From: Eledone cirrhosa
Taxonomy: Eukaryota
Assembly (NCBI GenBank): GCA_964016885.1
Contig: OZ024740.1
Span: 50,964,001 to 51,028,000 of the forward strand
Length of the DNA stretch: 64,000 nucleotides
Reading direction: 5' to 3'
Notes under the pieces: model-generated
The model's database searches: none
What the model saw: only the letters and a program-made list of their open reading frames with translations
Told to the model about the DNA's origin: nothing
Position numbers and translations under genes: made by a program
Part shown: one piece after another, positions 11,242 to 24,870 of the stretch
Numbering within the stretch: the first letter of the stretch is position 1
How the letters are laid out: every line of letters starts with the position of its first letter

Positions 11242-13647
11242 CACATACATGAGTGTGTATGTGTGCACACAGCAGGGTTGTGTAGTTAAGAAGCTTGTAT
11301 TAGAACCGTATGATTCTGGTTTCACTCCTACAGAATGACACCTTGTTCAAAATGTTTTCTACCGTAGCTTTGGGTTGAACACAGACACACGTGTATGTGT
11401 GTACAACTTTAAACATTTTGTGGTATTTGTTTCGAAAGGAACGTAACTAAATACGTGTATCTAGTTATTCAATTGAGATCAATAAAATGAGTTACAGTAT
11501 TGATTAAGTATTATGGTCGATATAATTATTTAAGACCCTTGATAGTGGTTCCACAATTCATATTGATAGAATAAACCACTATATATTTATACACAAACAT
11601 ATCCTCGCTTTTACTTATACGTATGCAGGGGTAGGAACTCTATTTGTTGAGAGTTAACTCCCTTAGAAAGACTATTATGAAATATGAATTCTTTATTGGG
11701 ATAGTAAAACTTATATTCTGTTATTTAATTGTGTCGTGTTCATTATGTTATCTGGAAATAAGGGTACACTTTATTTCTGAAATATTAAAAATAGAAAGAA
11801 AGTCCACCCTCGAGACAATAGAGATGATAGAAGCTGTGAATTTTAATTCAACAGTTCAATTTAAATTACAAAGTGGTTTGTGTTGCTTACTGCAGTGATG
11901 TGAACTTCCTCTCGTATTACCTATTTCTTTGTGGATTCTACAACTAAGTGTTAACAGCTGCCATGTCATGGTTACTGTATGGTGAACACTAGATAAGTTA
12001 ACCCATTTTGTTGATGATGCAATACAAACAGTAGCCTTCCTGTCAGAATTCCCTACTAAAATGCTATACCAGCCAACCAGCCAACCAACCAACCAGCCAG
12101 CCAGCCTATCAGTTAACTGGTAAAATAAAATATTTATTTCACATGGCTGTATAGTTAGGTTTGTTTTGCAAAGATGTGGTCCCACATTTAATCCACTTTG
12201 CAACCATTTGGGCCAAGTGTATTCTATAAACTTGAGTTAACCAAAGCTTTAGCTTTATGTGTTGGAGCACTGAACAAAAACATCTTGGGGTACTTAGTTC
12301 TGTGTACATCAAAACGACTTTTGTCGTTACAAGACCAATAAAATAAATACTAAAAAAGTACTGGAGTCGATATAATTGAGTAAAACTCATGAGGGTTGTG
12401 CCCAGCTTGGTTGCAGTCTTAAGATTGAAACTATTTAAATAATATATGAAATATATTTTACATATATATATATTTAATATATACTGAAATAACATAAAGT
12501 AGAGAAGACACCCTTGGCTCTGTCAAATACCAGACAATCTCTGTAGTGTTGGTGTCACAATAAAGTGCATCTAATACACTCTGTAAAGTGGATGGTGATC
12601 AATGTAGACAGTACAGGGCAGTGTGGACACTCCAGCCTGGCTAGTGCCACAATAAACTCATTCAGTACACTCTGTGAAGTATTAGTGTTGATGCCATGAT
12701 AAAATACATTCACTACACTCTGTAAGATGGTTGGCATTATGAAAAGAAAACGCTTAAATTGTTTGTCTTTGAGAACTTTGGTACTGTGCTGCAATTATCA
12801 AATGTTAAATAGAGATACTTACATTCATTCACGTTTTGTATAATACAAGGCTGCAATAGCTCTCTGACATTGTCTATGTCAAGCTTTAATGACCACATTC
12901 TACTATGTAGCCTTTAGTGATGATGAATGTGATATCACATTCATTATCAAAAACTATAATCAAATATGCTGCCCATCATCATCATCATCATCATCGTTTA
13001 ACGTCCACTTTCCACGCTAGCATGGGTTAAACGGGTTGTCCCATTTGAGGCAAGTTAGGTCAGGAGACTGTGTCCTGCTCATACAGAACTGTTTCTGGCT
13101 AGATTTCTACAGCTGGATGCCCTTCCTAACACCAACGACATTTACAGTGAGTGCTGGCTGCTTTTTGTTGTGACTCCTACATGACCACTTTACATTATAG
13201 TTCATGACCAAGGGAAATAAATTCAGTCAATTAACAGGTCTATGTTAATTTCTGCTTTGTTGTTAGTCCATTACTAGTATGCAATGTTGATTAGGTAACA
13301 GCTAATAGAAAATGCATGATGTAACATTCAGGTTTTCCCCCAAAGTATGTTAAAAAAAAAATAATACAACATGCAATTAAAAACAGTTTGGGTTTTTATG
13401 AGCTTAGGTTTTCTCCAACACTTTGAATATTCTAAAGTAATAAATATTTCCATCACTACCATTGTTGATTTTTCTAATGAGAAATGTGTGTTGAATCCTT
13501 AACTGGGAAATAAGATTAATCAATCAAGCTTAGAATATTTTATGCTTATAGATTACTATAAGCAGATATGTAGTTCTAAAGTTCTGAGTGTTGGATATGA
13601 AGAAGACAATGGTTAGGTGTACTGAAGGAAAGTAGTTGCAGTGAGTG

Positions 13648-14573
13648 TGTTTATGTTGGTAATGACTTAAATTTAGCAGTTTCTGAAGGAAAGTGTACAT
13701 TGTAGTAATTTAGATGAGAAAAGGAAAGAAGAGCTTGATACTAAAACAATCTGGTTCTCTATCAAGTGTTTCACCATTACTATCTACAATACAACCAGGA
13801 GTTACAGGACTGGAAGAGATACTTCCTTTCCATATACCTTCCAGGTATATGGAAAACCAGCAGAGAAGTTATATATTTTATTTGTTTTTTTTATTACATC
13901 ATGTATTTTGTGAACAATAGCCCCATTTGTTATAGGTTTCCAACAAGCCAATCACTGATTCACTGTATTTACGAAAGTGAGAGTGAAGTGAAAACAATGA
14001 GATAGATGTGAAAGGTTCTTCTTGAGTAGATCCATACATATTGAACTGTTAAAGTAAATTCCAGACATTAACTTAACTCACTCGATAACAAGATACATTA
14101 TTTATAAAAGATATATTATAAAAGGGCGGTGGATTGGCAGTATCAGTAGAGCGTCAGACACCATGCTTTGCGGCGTAGAGTTATGGCCCTTTAGGGTCTG
14201 CGTTCAAATCCCACCAAGGTTAGCTACTATCTGACAACTACTTCAACAAATGAATTTCACAAACTATTCAAGAACACAATATCTCAGAGTGTAACAAAAT
14301 AGGTCTTCACAACTTAGGCAGAATAAATGCATGTTACTTTTATTTGAACATATTGGTTTTCTATCTGGCATATACATCTTACATCAAGGTACATGGGTGA
14401 AAAATATACATATATGTAAATTTGTTTATGTTGGTAATGACTTAAATTTAGCAGTTTCTGAAGGAAAGTGTACATTGTAGTAATTTAGATGAGAAAAGGA
14501 AAGAAGAGCTTGATACTAAGACAATCTGGTTCTCTATCAAGTGTTTCACCATTACTATCTACAATACAACCAG
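13648..14573 (+). repeat. About 150-bp direct repeat A (13648-13798 and 14423-14573) flanking block B
   Basis: The two copies are almost identical (one substitution seen). Confidence 0.9.
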
Positions 14574-16542
14574 CATCAGTTCCACTTTCAAAATTATAGA
14601 ATACAGGATGAAATTTCTGCTTTTAAGAAAAGATCAACAATATGTAGAGAAAGCAAATTAATATTGACGCTTTGATCACCTTAATGTCTGTATTTTTGTA
14701 CAGTCATAAGTTACCATATAGTTTTCACAAAATTCAGTCTTAACATGCATATTAACACACAAACCTCCCAGAATCCATCTAAATCTTAAATCTAATACCA
14801 AAATATTTTGCCAGACAGACAAACCACATAACGCCTAATTTCCTACCACATATATTACCATTTACATTTCATAACACCCAATCGAAGAAATACAATATTA
14901 CAGAACAGACTCAACAATCATCTATCCAGACATATACTAACTTTCAAATCATCACAACATCTCCAATCATAATATCATCCTGAATTCCAAACACTCCGGT
15001 TTCAAACATATAATACTAAAACAAATACAAACACATATGACAAGGGCATATTCTAACTGTATCAAACACATATCTTTGATATTGATAGACATACACAAAT
15101 GTGCACAAACAACACATACTATGCACACAGATACATGCATAGTTCACACAGACAAATACATTATACTAAAAAAGATGCCAAAATACACATGTATATATGC
15201 ATTACTTATACATAGAACAGCAGTTGCTTACACAGAACACATACAAAAACATATTCATATAGGCAGAAATAATTATTTTGATATTGTTTGAATATTTTTT
15301 CTGTTTAAAATTATCATGTGTGAAATTAAATAAATAAACAAGAAAAAGGGTAATGTAATATAGAGAAATTCCATGGTAAATGGTGTTTATTGAGTCTGGA
15401 GTCCTTACATCAAAACAAACTCATTTACAAATTGTGATGTAGCTAACACAAATTCCTTAAATTTCTTAGATCATGCCGATTTTATTTAACATTTATTATT
15501 AGATGTGCAAATGACCTATATTAGCTCAACATCTAGCTTTGGGGGACTACCATTCACTGGTCATAGACTGTAAATAAACAGCACCATGAGGGACAACAAC
15601 TCGAATCCTGCCTTTTATGGCATTGAGTATTATAACCAGAAATGTTATGAAGAAGATGAAATTACCAATACTAATTCTTATTTCAGACAAACCATATTGA
15701 TAATGGTAATAGTAGTTGAAGTTGTTTATCTCCAGGTCAGCTCTTATCAAGCAGACCTATGATCAAAGGCATTCCAGTCATGGCTATATCCCATTTTATA
15801 TATTAAATACCAGCCTTATTGAATAGATCTTTCTCTCATTTAAGATTGTAGGTATGATTGGAAAGAATTTGGTTGCTATTCTTAGGAATTCGAACAACCA
15901 TATAGAGAAAGCCCCTTTGTAGTCTCAGACCAAATTCATTCACTGCTGGCAGTGCCAAAAGCATTGTGTATTGCTATGTGTTCTGTTGGTGTGCAGTGTT
16001 GATCACAAAGTCTTTCATAGTCAAAATAGTAAATAAGAAGAAAGCGGTGTTGGAAAAAGAATGAGATAACTAATGACAATTCCAGCAACCCAACATTATC
16101 TCCATCTTTATGTGGAACCAGATAGAGGACTCAGCTCTTATGAAAAGAACAGTTCAAATGAAAATATTCAACAACACCAATTTAGTTCTCTTTATACTCC
16201 ATTCCAAAGACAGCGAATTGGCAGAGTCATTAGAACATTGTATAGACTGCTTTGTGGCATTCATTTAGCTCAACTTTTCCTTTCATCCTTTCGAGATCGA
16301 TACAAAAAGTACCAGTCTAGTACTGGGGTCAATTCTTCCTCTATACCTCTTTCTCACTTCCTCTCTCTCACTATCTATCCATCATCATCATCATCATCAT
16401 CTTCGTTTAACGTCCATCTTCCAGACTAGCATGGGTCTGGAAGAAATCTGCTGTATTCAGACCTGGAGAGGGATGGACTCTGCCAGGTTTAAAAATGCTC
16501 TAGAAATGCTGTATGACAAAAAAATGCACCTATGGCTCCTTT

Positions 16543-17173
16543 AGGAGTTACAGGACTGGAAGAGATACTTCCTTCCAGATTAATAGGGTATATGGAAAAC
16601 TAGCAGAGAAGTTATATATTTTATTTGTTTTTTTTTATTACATCATGTATTTTGTGAACAATAGCCCCATTCGTTATAGGTTTCCAACAAGCCAATCACT
16701 GATTCACTGTATTTACGAAAGTGAGAGTGAAGTGAAAACAATGAGATAGATGTGAAAGGTTCTTCTTGAGTAGATCCATACATATTGAACTGTTAAAGTA
16801 AATTCCAGACATTAACTTAACTCACTCGATAACAAGATACATTATTTATAAAAGATATATTATAAAAGGGCGGTGGATTGGCAGTATCAGTAGAGCATCA
16901 GACACCATGCTTTGCGGCGTAGAGTTATGGCCCTTTAGGGTCTGCGTTCAAATCCCACCAAGGTTAGCTACTATCTGACAACTACTTCAACAAATGAATT
17001 TCACAAACTATTCAAGAACACAATATCTCAGAGTGTAACAAAATAGGTCTTCACAACTTAGGCAGAATAAATGCATGTTACTTTTATTTGAACATATTGG
17101 TTTTCTATCTGGCATATACATCTTACATCAAGGTACATGGGTGAAAAATATACATATATGTAAATTTGTTTAT
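16543..17173 (+). repeat. About 630-bp block B', near-identical to 13797-14429
   Basis: Direct read-through identity; both copies contain the same partial S1 SINE. Confidence 0.9.
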
Positions 17174-17842
17174 TCAAAGCTGAGGTTATCCTACACCTAC
17201 TCAAAGTTTTGCATTTCAACTTTTTGTGACTAAAAAAGCAGAAATGTGATATCTAAATGAATCTAGAAACTGTAAATATTAAATACATTTTCTTTCTTTT
17301 GTAGAGAGACACATAGCTACATCTATAGATATCTAAGGTATAATTGACTGCTGCTTGTGATTAATTTAAGGACCTGGGGTGCTGGATTGCATTTTCTTTA
17401 TTTGAAATATTCCCAGTAATAAATATTATCATAAATAAAGCAGTTTGAGCTCAGTGCATCTCAGAGATCTGTGAAAGGGATTAAGGTTTTATTATTTGAA
17501 CACAAAGCCACAAATTTGTAGGGAAGGAGTAGAGTGCCAGGATATGTCAGATGCTTATTTTATTCATTCTGGATAAATAAATAATAAAGCTGACCACAGC
17601 AAGATAGGATTTGAACTCAGAGCCTAGAGAGATGAAACTAAATAGTATGAGATGGTATTTAGTCCAGTGTTCTACAGTTTCTGACATGTCCATAGTCTAG
17701 TAAAAGAAAATAACCAAAAGCAATCTTTATTTATGTTTATTAATCATTTCTGAGATAATAAAACATCAAACTAAATTCCAGTATATAGTTGCTGTTCTCA
17801 TTTCTGAGTTCAAATTGACTTCTTCCTCTCAAAATTGATAAA

Positions 17843-18030
17843 ATAATTGTTTCTACTTTTGGCACAAGGACAGCAATTACCCAGTACATTACTGGTACTT
17901 TATTTTATCGATCCCGTAAGGATAAAAGGCAAAGTTAACCTTGGTGGGATTTGAACTCAGACCGTAAAGGGCCATAACTCTTTACTGAAAAGCATGGTGT
18001 CTGACCCTCTACTGATACTGCCAATCCACC
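17843..18030 (-). mobile_element. SINE family S1
   Basis: Reverse complement of 2071-2258. Confidence 0.8.
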
Positions 18031-18310
18031 AATGCTACAGACCTGCAGAAATGAGCTTTTAAAGTTTATACTTTAAATTCAGAACAGTGAAATATCAAAA
18101 ATGGTTGAGCAATCAACTCAATGCTTTTCAATATTTAGTTCTTTCTCTATATGTTCTTAGTTCAAATTCTATGCTGCCACCATGGGCTGTTTTTAATGAG
18201 TGATATCTACTTCCAGATAGACCATTTGAGAGTTATGTTTCTTCCCTACACATGCAGCACAGTACTAATGCCAAGATACAAACTACTGACTTTTTGAGCA
18301 ATCAGTTGAT

Positions 18311-20995
18311 TATAATAATAATAATGAAATTATTGTGTACAGTGCTCAGGTACACTACAACTCATCAAAGGTGCAAATATAGTACATAGAATAATATACA
18401 AATGTCAGTAAAAGTGAATAGTGTATGAATCATGATATACATGTGTGCATATGTATGGAGGAGGAATATTAGGTGTAGTGTTGGCGAATCTCAGGAAGCA
18501 TGGAGGTTTTAAAGGATGCAGTGTCTTGACAGCTAACAACGGATGCAGGGATTTTGTTCCATGCTTCAGTAACTCAGAGCGTGAAAAAATGTTTCTGAAA
18601 GTCATGGGAGCTGTGCTGTTTTCTGACTTTGTAGGCATGCCCACGTGTGTTAGACACATGGAAATCAAAAAGGTAATCAGGGTTGTTGTTGGCAAGATGG
18701 TTAATAATTTTGTGGGTGTTTACTAAGTCAGTTGCCAGACGTCGGAGCTTCAATGTATCCATGCCCAGGGAAGCAAGGCATTCAGAGTATGGTAGATGCC
18801 TATGAAGGGTATTCGCTTGGTTGCACGTCTCTGAACAGTTTCCAGGTGGTCAATGTTCTGAGCAAGATAGGGGTTTCAGACTGGTGAGGCAAATTCTAAG
18901 TGTGGCCACACCATAGCTATATACAGCCTTAAACAGATAGCTGGAGAGTGGCTGACAAAGGTCTGCTCAGTGATGCTAAGACACACTCGGCCTTCTTGGC
19001 AATTTTAGAGACGTGCTTCGGCCAACGCAAATCGCTGCTGACAGTAATGCCCAGGTCACGTTCACAGGAAGACTTCTTGATATTAATGTTGTGGGGGGAA
19101 TATGTGGACGCTGGGTTTTTACTCCCAAAATGCATGGTGGTACACTTGTCCACAGCCAACTTGAGTTGCCAGTCCGTGATCCATTGTTGCATTGTGTCCA
19201 GGTCAGATTGCAGGAAAGATCTATAGTTTTCAGGATCTGTCCTTTTTATCTCAAGGTACAGCTTGATGTCATCTGCATATTTCAGTACTGTGCCATTCTT
19301 TAAGTTGGCATCTATGTCATTAATATATGCCACAAACAAAGGGGGCCAAGAACAGATCCCTGTGGTACACCAGATGACATCTCATATGGTGAGGAATGCT
19401 GCCCTCGAACCGTGACTACCTCTCTTCAACTGAGAATGAAGGACTTCAACCAGTTAAAAGGATCATCCTTCACACCCATTGCAGAGAGTTTTGCCATAAG
19501 TCTTTTGTGTGGTACAGAATTGAAAGCTTTCACAAAGTCAGAATTGAAAGCTTTCACAAAGGTAAACAACATCCATCCATGAGCCACCATCAGTGATCCG
19601 GGTGATGTCTTTGAGAAACTCAATAAGTTGATCACAGCAGCTGGAGTTAGGGATAAATACAAATTGTGAGGGCCGGATAAGACTGTGAGAGTTCCAGAAG
19701 TTCCAAAGCGTTTCTCTGACACAGGATTCCATCAGTTTGGTAATGCAGCTAGTGAGACTGACTGGACGATAGTTCACAGGTGATGTGCGGTCACCCTTTT
19801 TGAACAGAGGAATGACACTGGCAGTTTTCCACCGTTCTGGAGTAGCACTGTTGTTCAGACAGAATTGGAAGAAGCGTGATAGCTGGTGCAGAAGGAAGTA
19901 CCCACCACGTTTGAGAAGCAGGTACATAACACTATCAAGACCAGGAGAGGCATGGTTGCGCTTATTATTAAGGTGATGTCGCAGCATTGCAGGTGTAAAT
20001 TCCATAGTTGTAATAGAATCCGATGTCAGAGGTGGTGGAGACGGTACACTCTGGTCTTCAATAGTGAAAATGCCTGCATAGCATTCAGCAATGAGGTCTG
20101 CGCATTCTTGGGGGTCATCAGTAATCTGGCTTGTGTGGGAATTGCGAAGAGGACCAACTGGAGAGTGAGGCCTCTGCTTTGAGTGTACATACTTCCAGAA
20201 CACCTTACTATCAGGGCTGGCTGCTATGCGCTGCTAAAATTGAAGCACTGCCTTTTTTATCACCTGTTTGAGATAGTTGGGTGATTTATTTCGCTTCTTC
20301 CTATTGATATCTGATTTATGCAGTTTGTACTCACGTTCAGCATTACAACATTCTTTTCTGGCAAGACGGACTGCTGCAGTCTCCCAAATTGCACTTTTGG
20401 GATGTTTTTTCTGCTTATGTGGCACTGATGCTGCACATGCTGTCCATATCGAGCTGAGGATGTTCTGGAGTACAATGTTGACATCTCCAGAGTCGTAGAA
20501 CTCAAGCCAGTTTGGACGTTGCAACTCGGTGCAGTAACAGTTCCAGTCTGCTTTATTCCAGTCAAAGTGAGCAGTTTGGAGATGGTTGTGGTTTTTGTTA
20601 CTGCCCATGAGGGATAGATTGGCAATGATCATAGCATTACCAGAGTAACCTAAAGGTTCCTCAGTAGTAACACTAATAACCGTTTCAGGAGTAGTGGTGA
20701 AGAGTAGGTCCAAAGTGTCGTCACCTCTTGTTGGGGAGGTGACTACTTGGGACCAGTTAGAGTCCAGCACTAGCTCAAGGAAGTCATCTGCACTTGGCGG
20801 CCAACAAAAGGTTTCCCAGTCAATCTCAGGGTTATTGAAGTCCCCTGCAATAAAAACATAAGTGGCAGCAACTCTGGCAGCAACTCTGAGGATATCACAA
20901 AGTTGAGTGTCCTGATGGTAATTTGGGGGATGGTAAACGACTCCAAGTAGCAGTGTTGACATGGTCATACGTATATCGCAGAAAAATACTTCCTA
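18311..20995 (-). mobile_element. CR1-clade LINE, 5'-truncated and frameshifted (APE + RT)
   Basis: GVVYHPP, AGDFN, DLLFT (APE); NYRPVSLTS, QGSVLGP, YADD (RT); (ATT)n 3' tail. Confidence 0.9.
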
Positions 20996-21261
20996 CTGCA
21001 ATTACCTAGTGTCTTATTGATTCAGATAGATCTGGCCCGCCCTTTGAATCATACTTGTGTATAAATAGAATTCAATGACACCTAACAAACTAGTATGTCA
21101 ACTAAACAAGTTATACTGAATTATTTTCAATGAATCAATATTTGTCATAAATATCAATTAACTGCTGTGAACTGGTTTTTCAACTTTTTACTATTACATA
21201 CTATTACATAGAAAACAAAAATGCAGTAATAGTTATTTAAACTAATAAATCTTGAATTTAC

Positions 21262-21340
21262 ATACATACATACATATCATACATACATACGTACATACAT
21301 ACATACATACGTACATATCATACATACATACGTATGTACA

Positions 21341-21374
<34 letters not shown>

Positions 21375-21460
21375 CATACATATCATACATACGTACGTAC
21401 ATACATACATACATACATACATACGTACATACATACATACGTACATACATACATACATAC
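21262..21460. repeat. (CATA)n microsatellite, tail of the element at 21461
   Basis: Direct reading. Confidence 0.9.
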
Positions 21461-21970
21461 ATGGTGGCTGCCAACTCGTTTTCGAGTACGGCCACTACTT
21501 TATATCCATGTAGCAGAACCCTTACCGATGCGCTGAACGAGTGTGACTTTTTAGTCCAGCCAGCGACTTGAAAATTCTGGTACAAACACTACACTTGTGA
21601 CAATTATTGACACATAGTGCTGGGCCCATGGTACCATGTGATGACAAGTGCAGAGAGATCTCCAGATATAAAGCAATGCCTGTGCCGTGAAGCTTTTATA
21701 GTGAGCAAAGGCACTGCACAAAGCCAGTCCCACTCTCTTAACCAAGATGATATTTACCAAAAAGAAGAACAAGTCAACATCATTGGATACTATTAGGGTT
21801 GCAGGTGTTATATCAGAGTTTTCCTTCTCCTAGAATTCTGCCTTGACAAAGGCTAAGGGGTCATCTCTCGCGGTGATTTTGGATGGCCATTGACTCTTAA
21901 GAGCTCCTTTGCCCTTTGACAGGTTTTGTTTTTAGTCCTGCAGGATATCCAAAGTCACCCTCCTCACCAA
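21461..21970 (-). mobile_element. Non-autonomous internally deleted RTE-BovB-like derivative (copy A)
   Basis: Retains the last zinc finger KCSVCTRIFKSLAGLKSHTRSAHR*, which is like the end of the 31690 ORF, plus the 3' hairpin ctcg-aaaa-cgag and an (ATGT)n tail. Confidence 0.7.
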
Positions 21971-22769
21971 CTAACATCGAAGATATCACCCATGTCATCA
22001 GCAGCTGTCCAAAGATGTCATCGCGGTACTATCTACCTATGAGGCATGATGTAGTGGCCAAAACATTGTACAATACAGTTCGTAAAAAAGACAGCCCCGA
22101 TAATAAACACATTAAAAGCTACAACAATGTGGAAGACATCCATGTACATAATATGAAAGAGTACTGGTGGAATGTTCCAGTAAAAACCCCAATAAAATGC
22201 AGGCATAACAGACCAGATATTATGATATGGGACAGGGAGAAGAAAACATGCACAGTAGTGGAAATTAGCTGCCCAGCAGATGCCAATATAATATCAAAGA
22301 TTAGTGAAAAGGAGAATATTTATGCAGAACTGATGAGAAATCTGCAGATACTCCACCCTGATTACACCTTCAGATTTATGCCTGTGATTATTGGGGTACT
22401 GGGATATGTTAATAACTGCCTCAATACAAATCTTGAGAAGCTAGGCTTCACAGGAACAGAAAGAACACAACTAGTTAGGAAATTACAAGTACAATCCATT
22501 AATGGAACAGTAAAAATATGTAAAACATTCCAAAAATGTTGCATCTAATAACTGCATATACACATGTACAGATACAAAGCATATACACATGCACACATAC
22601 AACTCAAAACATCCACATCTACACATACAATAATATCCATATCTACACATGCATGCATACATACATATCTACCTAGTTGATGTTGTGTAAATTCCAATGA
22701 GAGAGTCTATGTTAGAAACCGACTCTCTTTCTATTGGTAAAACTTTGTGAAATTATAAAACCAGAAGAA
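21971..22769 (+). mobile_element. R4/Dong-like RLE non-LTR retrotransposon 3' fragment
   Basis: EDITHVISSC...MRHDVVAK (end of CCHC knuckle), NRPDIMIWD...VVEISCP...K...Y (PD-(D/E)xK restriction-like endonuclease). ORF ends at 22548; the 3' end abuts (CATA)n. Confidence 0.8.
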
Positions 22770-22826
22770 CATACATACATACATACATACATACATACAT
22801 ACATACATACATACATACATACATAC

Positions 22827-23128
22827 ATGGTGGCTGCCAACTCGTTTTCGAGTACGGCCACTATTTACCAAAAAGAAGAACAAGTCAACATCATTGGATA
22901 CCATCAGGGTTGCAGGTGTTTTCCTTCTCCTTGAATTCTGCCTTGACAAAGGCTAAGGGGTCATCTCTCCCGGTGATTTTGGATGGCCATTGACTCTTAA
23001 GAGCTCCTTTGCCCTTTGACAGGTTTTGTTTTTAGTCCTGCAGGATGTCCAAAGTCATCCTCCTCACCAAGAAACCTTGGTGGGGTTGCCAGTTTAGTCG
23101 CCAACGACCCGACCATTTGACAGGTTGT
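22827..23128 (-). mobile_element. Non-autonomous bipartite RTE derivative (copy B, larger internal deletion)
   Basis: Matches copy A but lacks 21500-21750; same 3' hairpin and (ATGT)n tail. Confidence 0.7.
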
Positions 23129-23146
23129 ACATATATATATATATAT

Positions 23147-23259
<113 letters not shown>

Positions 23260-23274
23260 CATACATATATATAT

Positions 23275-23307
<33 letters not shown>

Positions 23308-23317
23308 CATACATATA

Positions 23318-24321
23318 TATCATCATCATCATCATTGTTTAACGTCCATATTTCACGCTTGCATGGGTTTGGACGGGAGTTTTCCCACTTGAGGCAAGAG
23401 TGGTTGTCTTGCTCCCATAGGACTGTCTGGTGGGTTTTCTATGGCTGGATGCCCTTCCTAACACCAACCACATTTACAGTGGAACTGGGAGGTTTTTACC
23501 GTGTTACCTACACGGCCACATTACAGCGTGGACTGTGTGTTTTTTTGTCATGACACCTACACGACTTCATTTGTTTCGGGCTGGATGTTGTGGTACCAAC
23601 ATAACTTTACATTGAAAGGGGTGGTGTGGATGGGGTGGGGTAGTGGGACGGGGGTGTATTTTGTTAGAGGTGCCTACTGACTGTAGTAGGTTTCACTTTG
23701 TACTTAGGTAAGGCGGGTCTTCTCTATTACTGTGTAGCGCCAAAGATCTCAGTCCAGTGACATTGTCTTGGAGAGGTGTAAGTGTGTGAGGTTGGAATTT
23801 ATCAAGTCGTCCCAGGTTTTTCTGGGTCTGCCTACTCCGTGGCTACCGTCTATTTTTATTGCCCTGCACTTTTTTATACAGCTGTCGTCTTTCATGCGCA
23901 TCACGTGACCGTACCAACGTAGCCTTCTCTCGAGTAAACAACATCTGATCCCTCTTATTTCTAATTTTTCCCTTAGTTCGTTTATGCTTTGCCGTTCACG
24001 TATATTACTATTACACATCCAGCGTAGCATGCAAGCTTCGTTCCTCTCCAGTCTGCGTATATCCTCTGCACACAATGCCCAGGTCTCACTGCCATGCAAC
24101 ATTGCTGTTCGTATGCAGGCATCATACAGCCTGCCTTTCATTTTTAGGGAGAACCCATCCAGTTCTGACTCTAGCTACTGTATTTCAGAGCACCCTCCCC
24201 CACTGCTGATTTTGTCACCCAGGTAATGAAAGCTGTCCACTATTTCTATAGATCTGTGCAATGGAATGAGCTAGTATTCTGTGGGCACTTGCTGCTACTT
24301 ATTGCACCAGAGCACCGGCCA
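23318..24321 (-). mobile_element. 5'-truncated PHD-RTE copy
   Basis: KGRLYDACIRTAMLHGSETW...GRPRKTWDD; small internal deletion near 24157; (GAT)n tail. Confidence 0.9.
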
Positions 24322-24499
24322 CATATATATATATACATACATATATATATATATACATACATATATATATATATATACATATATACATATATATATATAC
24401 ATACATATATATATACATACATATATATATACATACATATATATATACATACATATAAAAATATATATACATACATATATATACATATATATACATACA

Positions 24500-24831
24500 T
24501 TTCATTTCATTTTACGTCCACTTTTCCCTGCTTGCAAGGGTGGGACGGGAACTGATTCTGGCTTGATTTCTACAGCTGGATGCCCTTCCTAACACCAACC
24601 TCATTTACAGTGAGTGCTGGGTGCTTTTTTTTCCATGGCACCTCCACGACCACTTTGCAGTGGAATGATAGGGACACCATCCCTATCATCTCATTTCTAC
24701 AGCTGAGTAAACTGGAGCAATGTGAAATAAAGTGTCTTGCTCAAGGAAACAACACATCACCCGGTCTGAGAATTGAACTCACAACCTTTCGATTGCAAGG
24801 CCAATGCTCTTACCACTAAGCCATGTGCCTC
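24500..24831 (-). mobile_element. SINE family S2
   Basis: Reverse complement of 28114-28445. Confidence 0.85.
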
Positions 24832-24832
24832 C

Positions 24833-24868
<36 letters not shown>

Positions 24869-24870
<2 letters not shown>

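Noticed and set aside
13714-14005. Duplicated short ORFs (13766 and 16513) suggesting a conserved peptide
   Set aside because: Identity comes from the recent DNA duplication, the N-termini differ, and there is no protein-like signal.
17305-17337. Possible 33-nt plus-strand micro-exon (ttttgtag...CTAAG|gtataa)
   Set aside because: It cannot be linked in frame to the 2562 ORF (phase 0 gives a stop) and has no recognisable homology.
23040-23128. HDV-like ribozyme at the 5' end of the bipartite RTE derivative
   Set aside because: I could not identify P1/P2/P3 pairings by eye; it needs a descriptor search.
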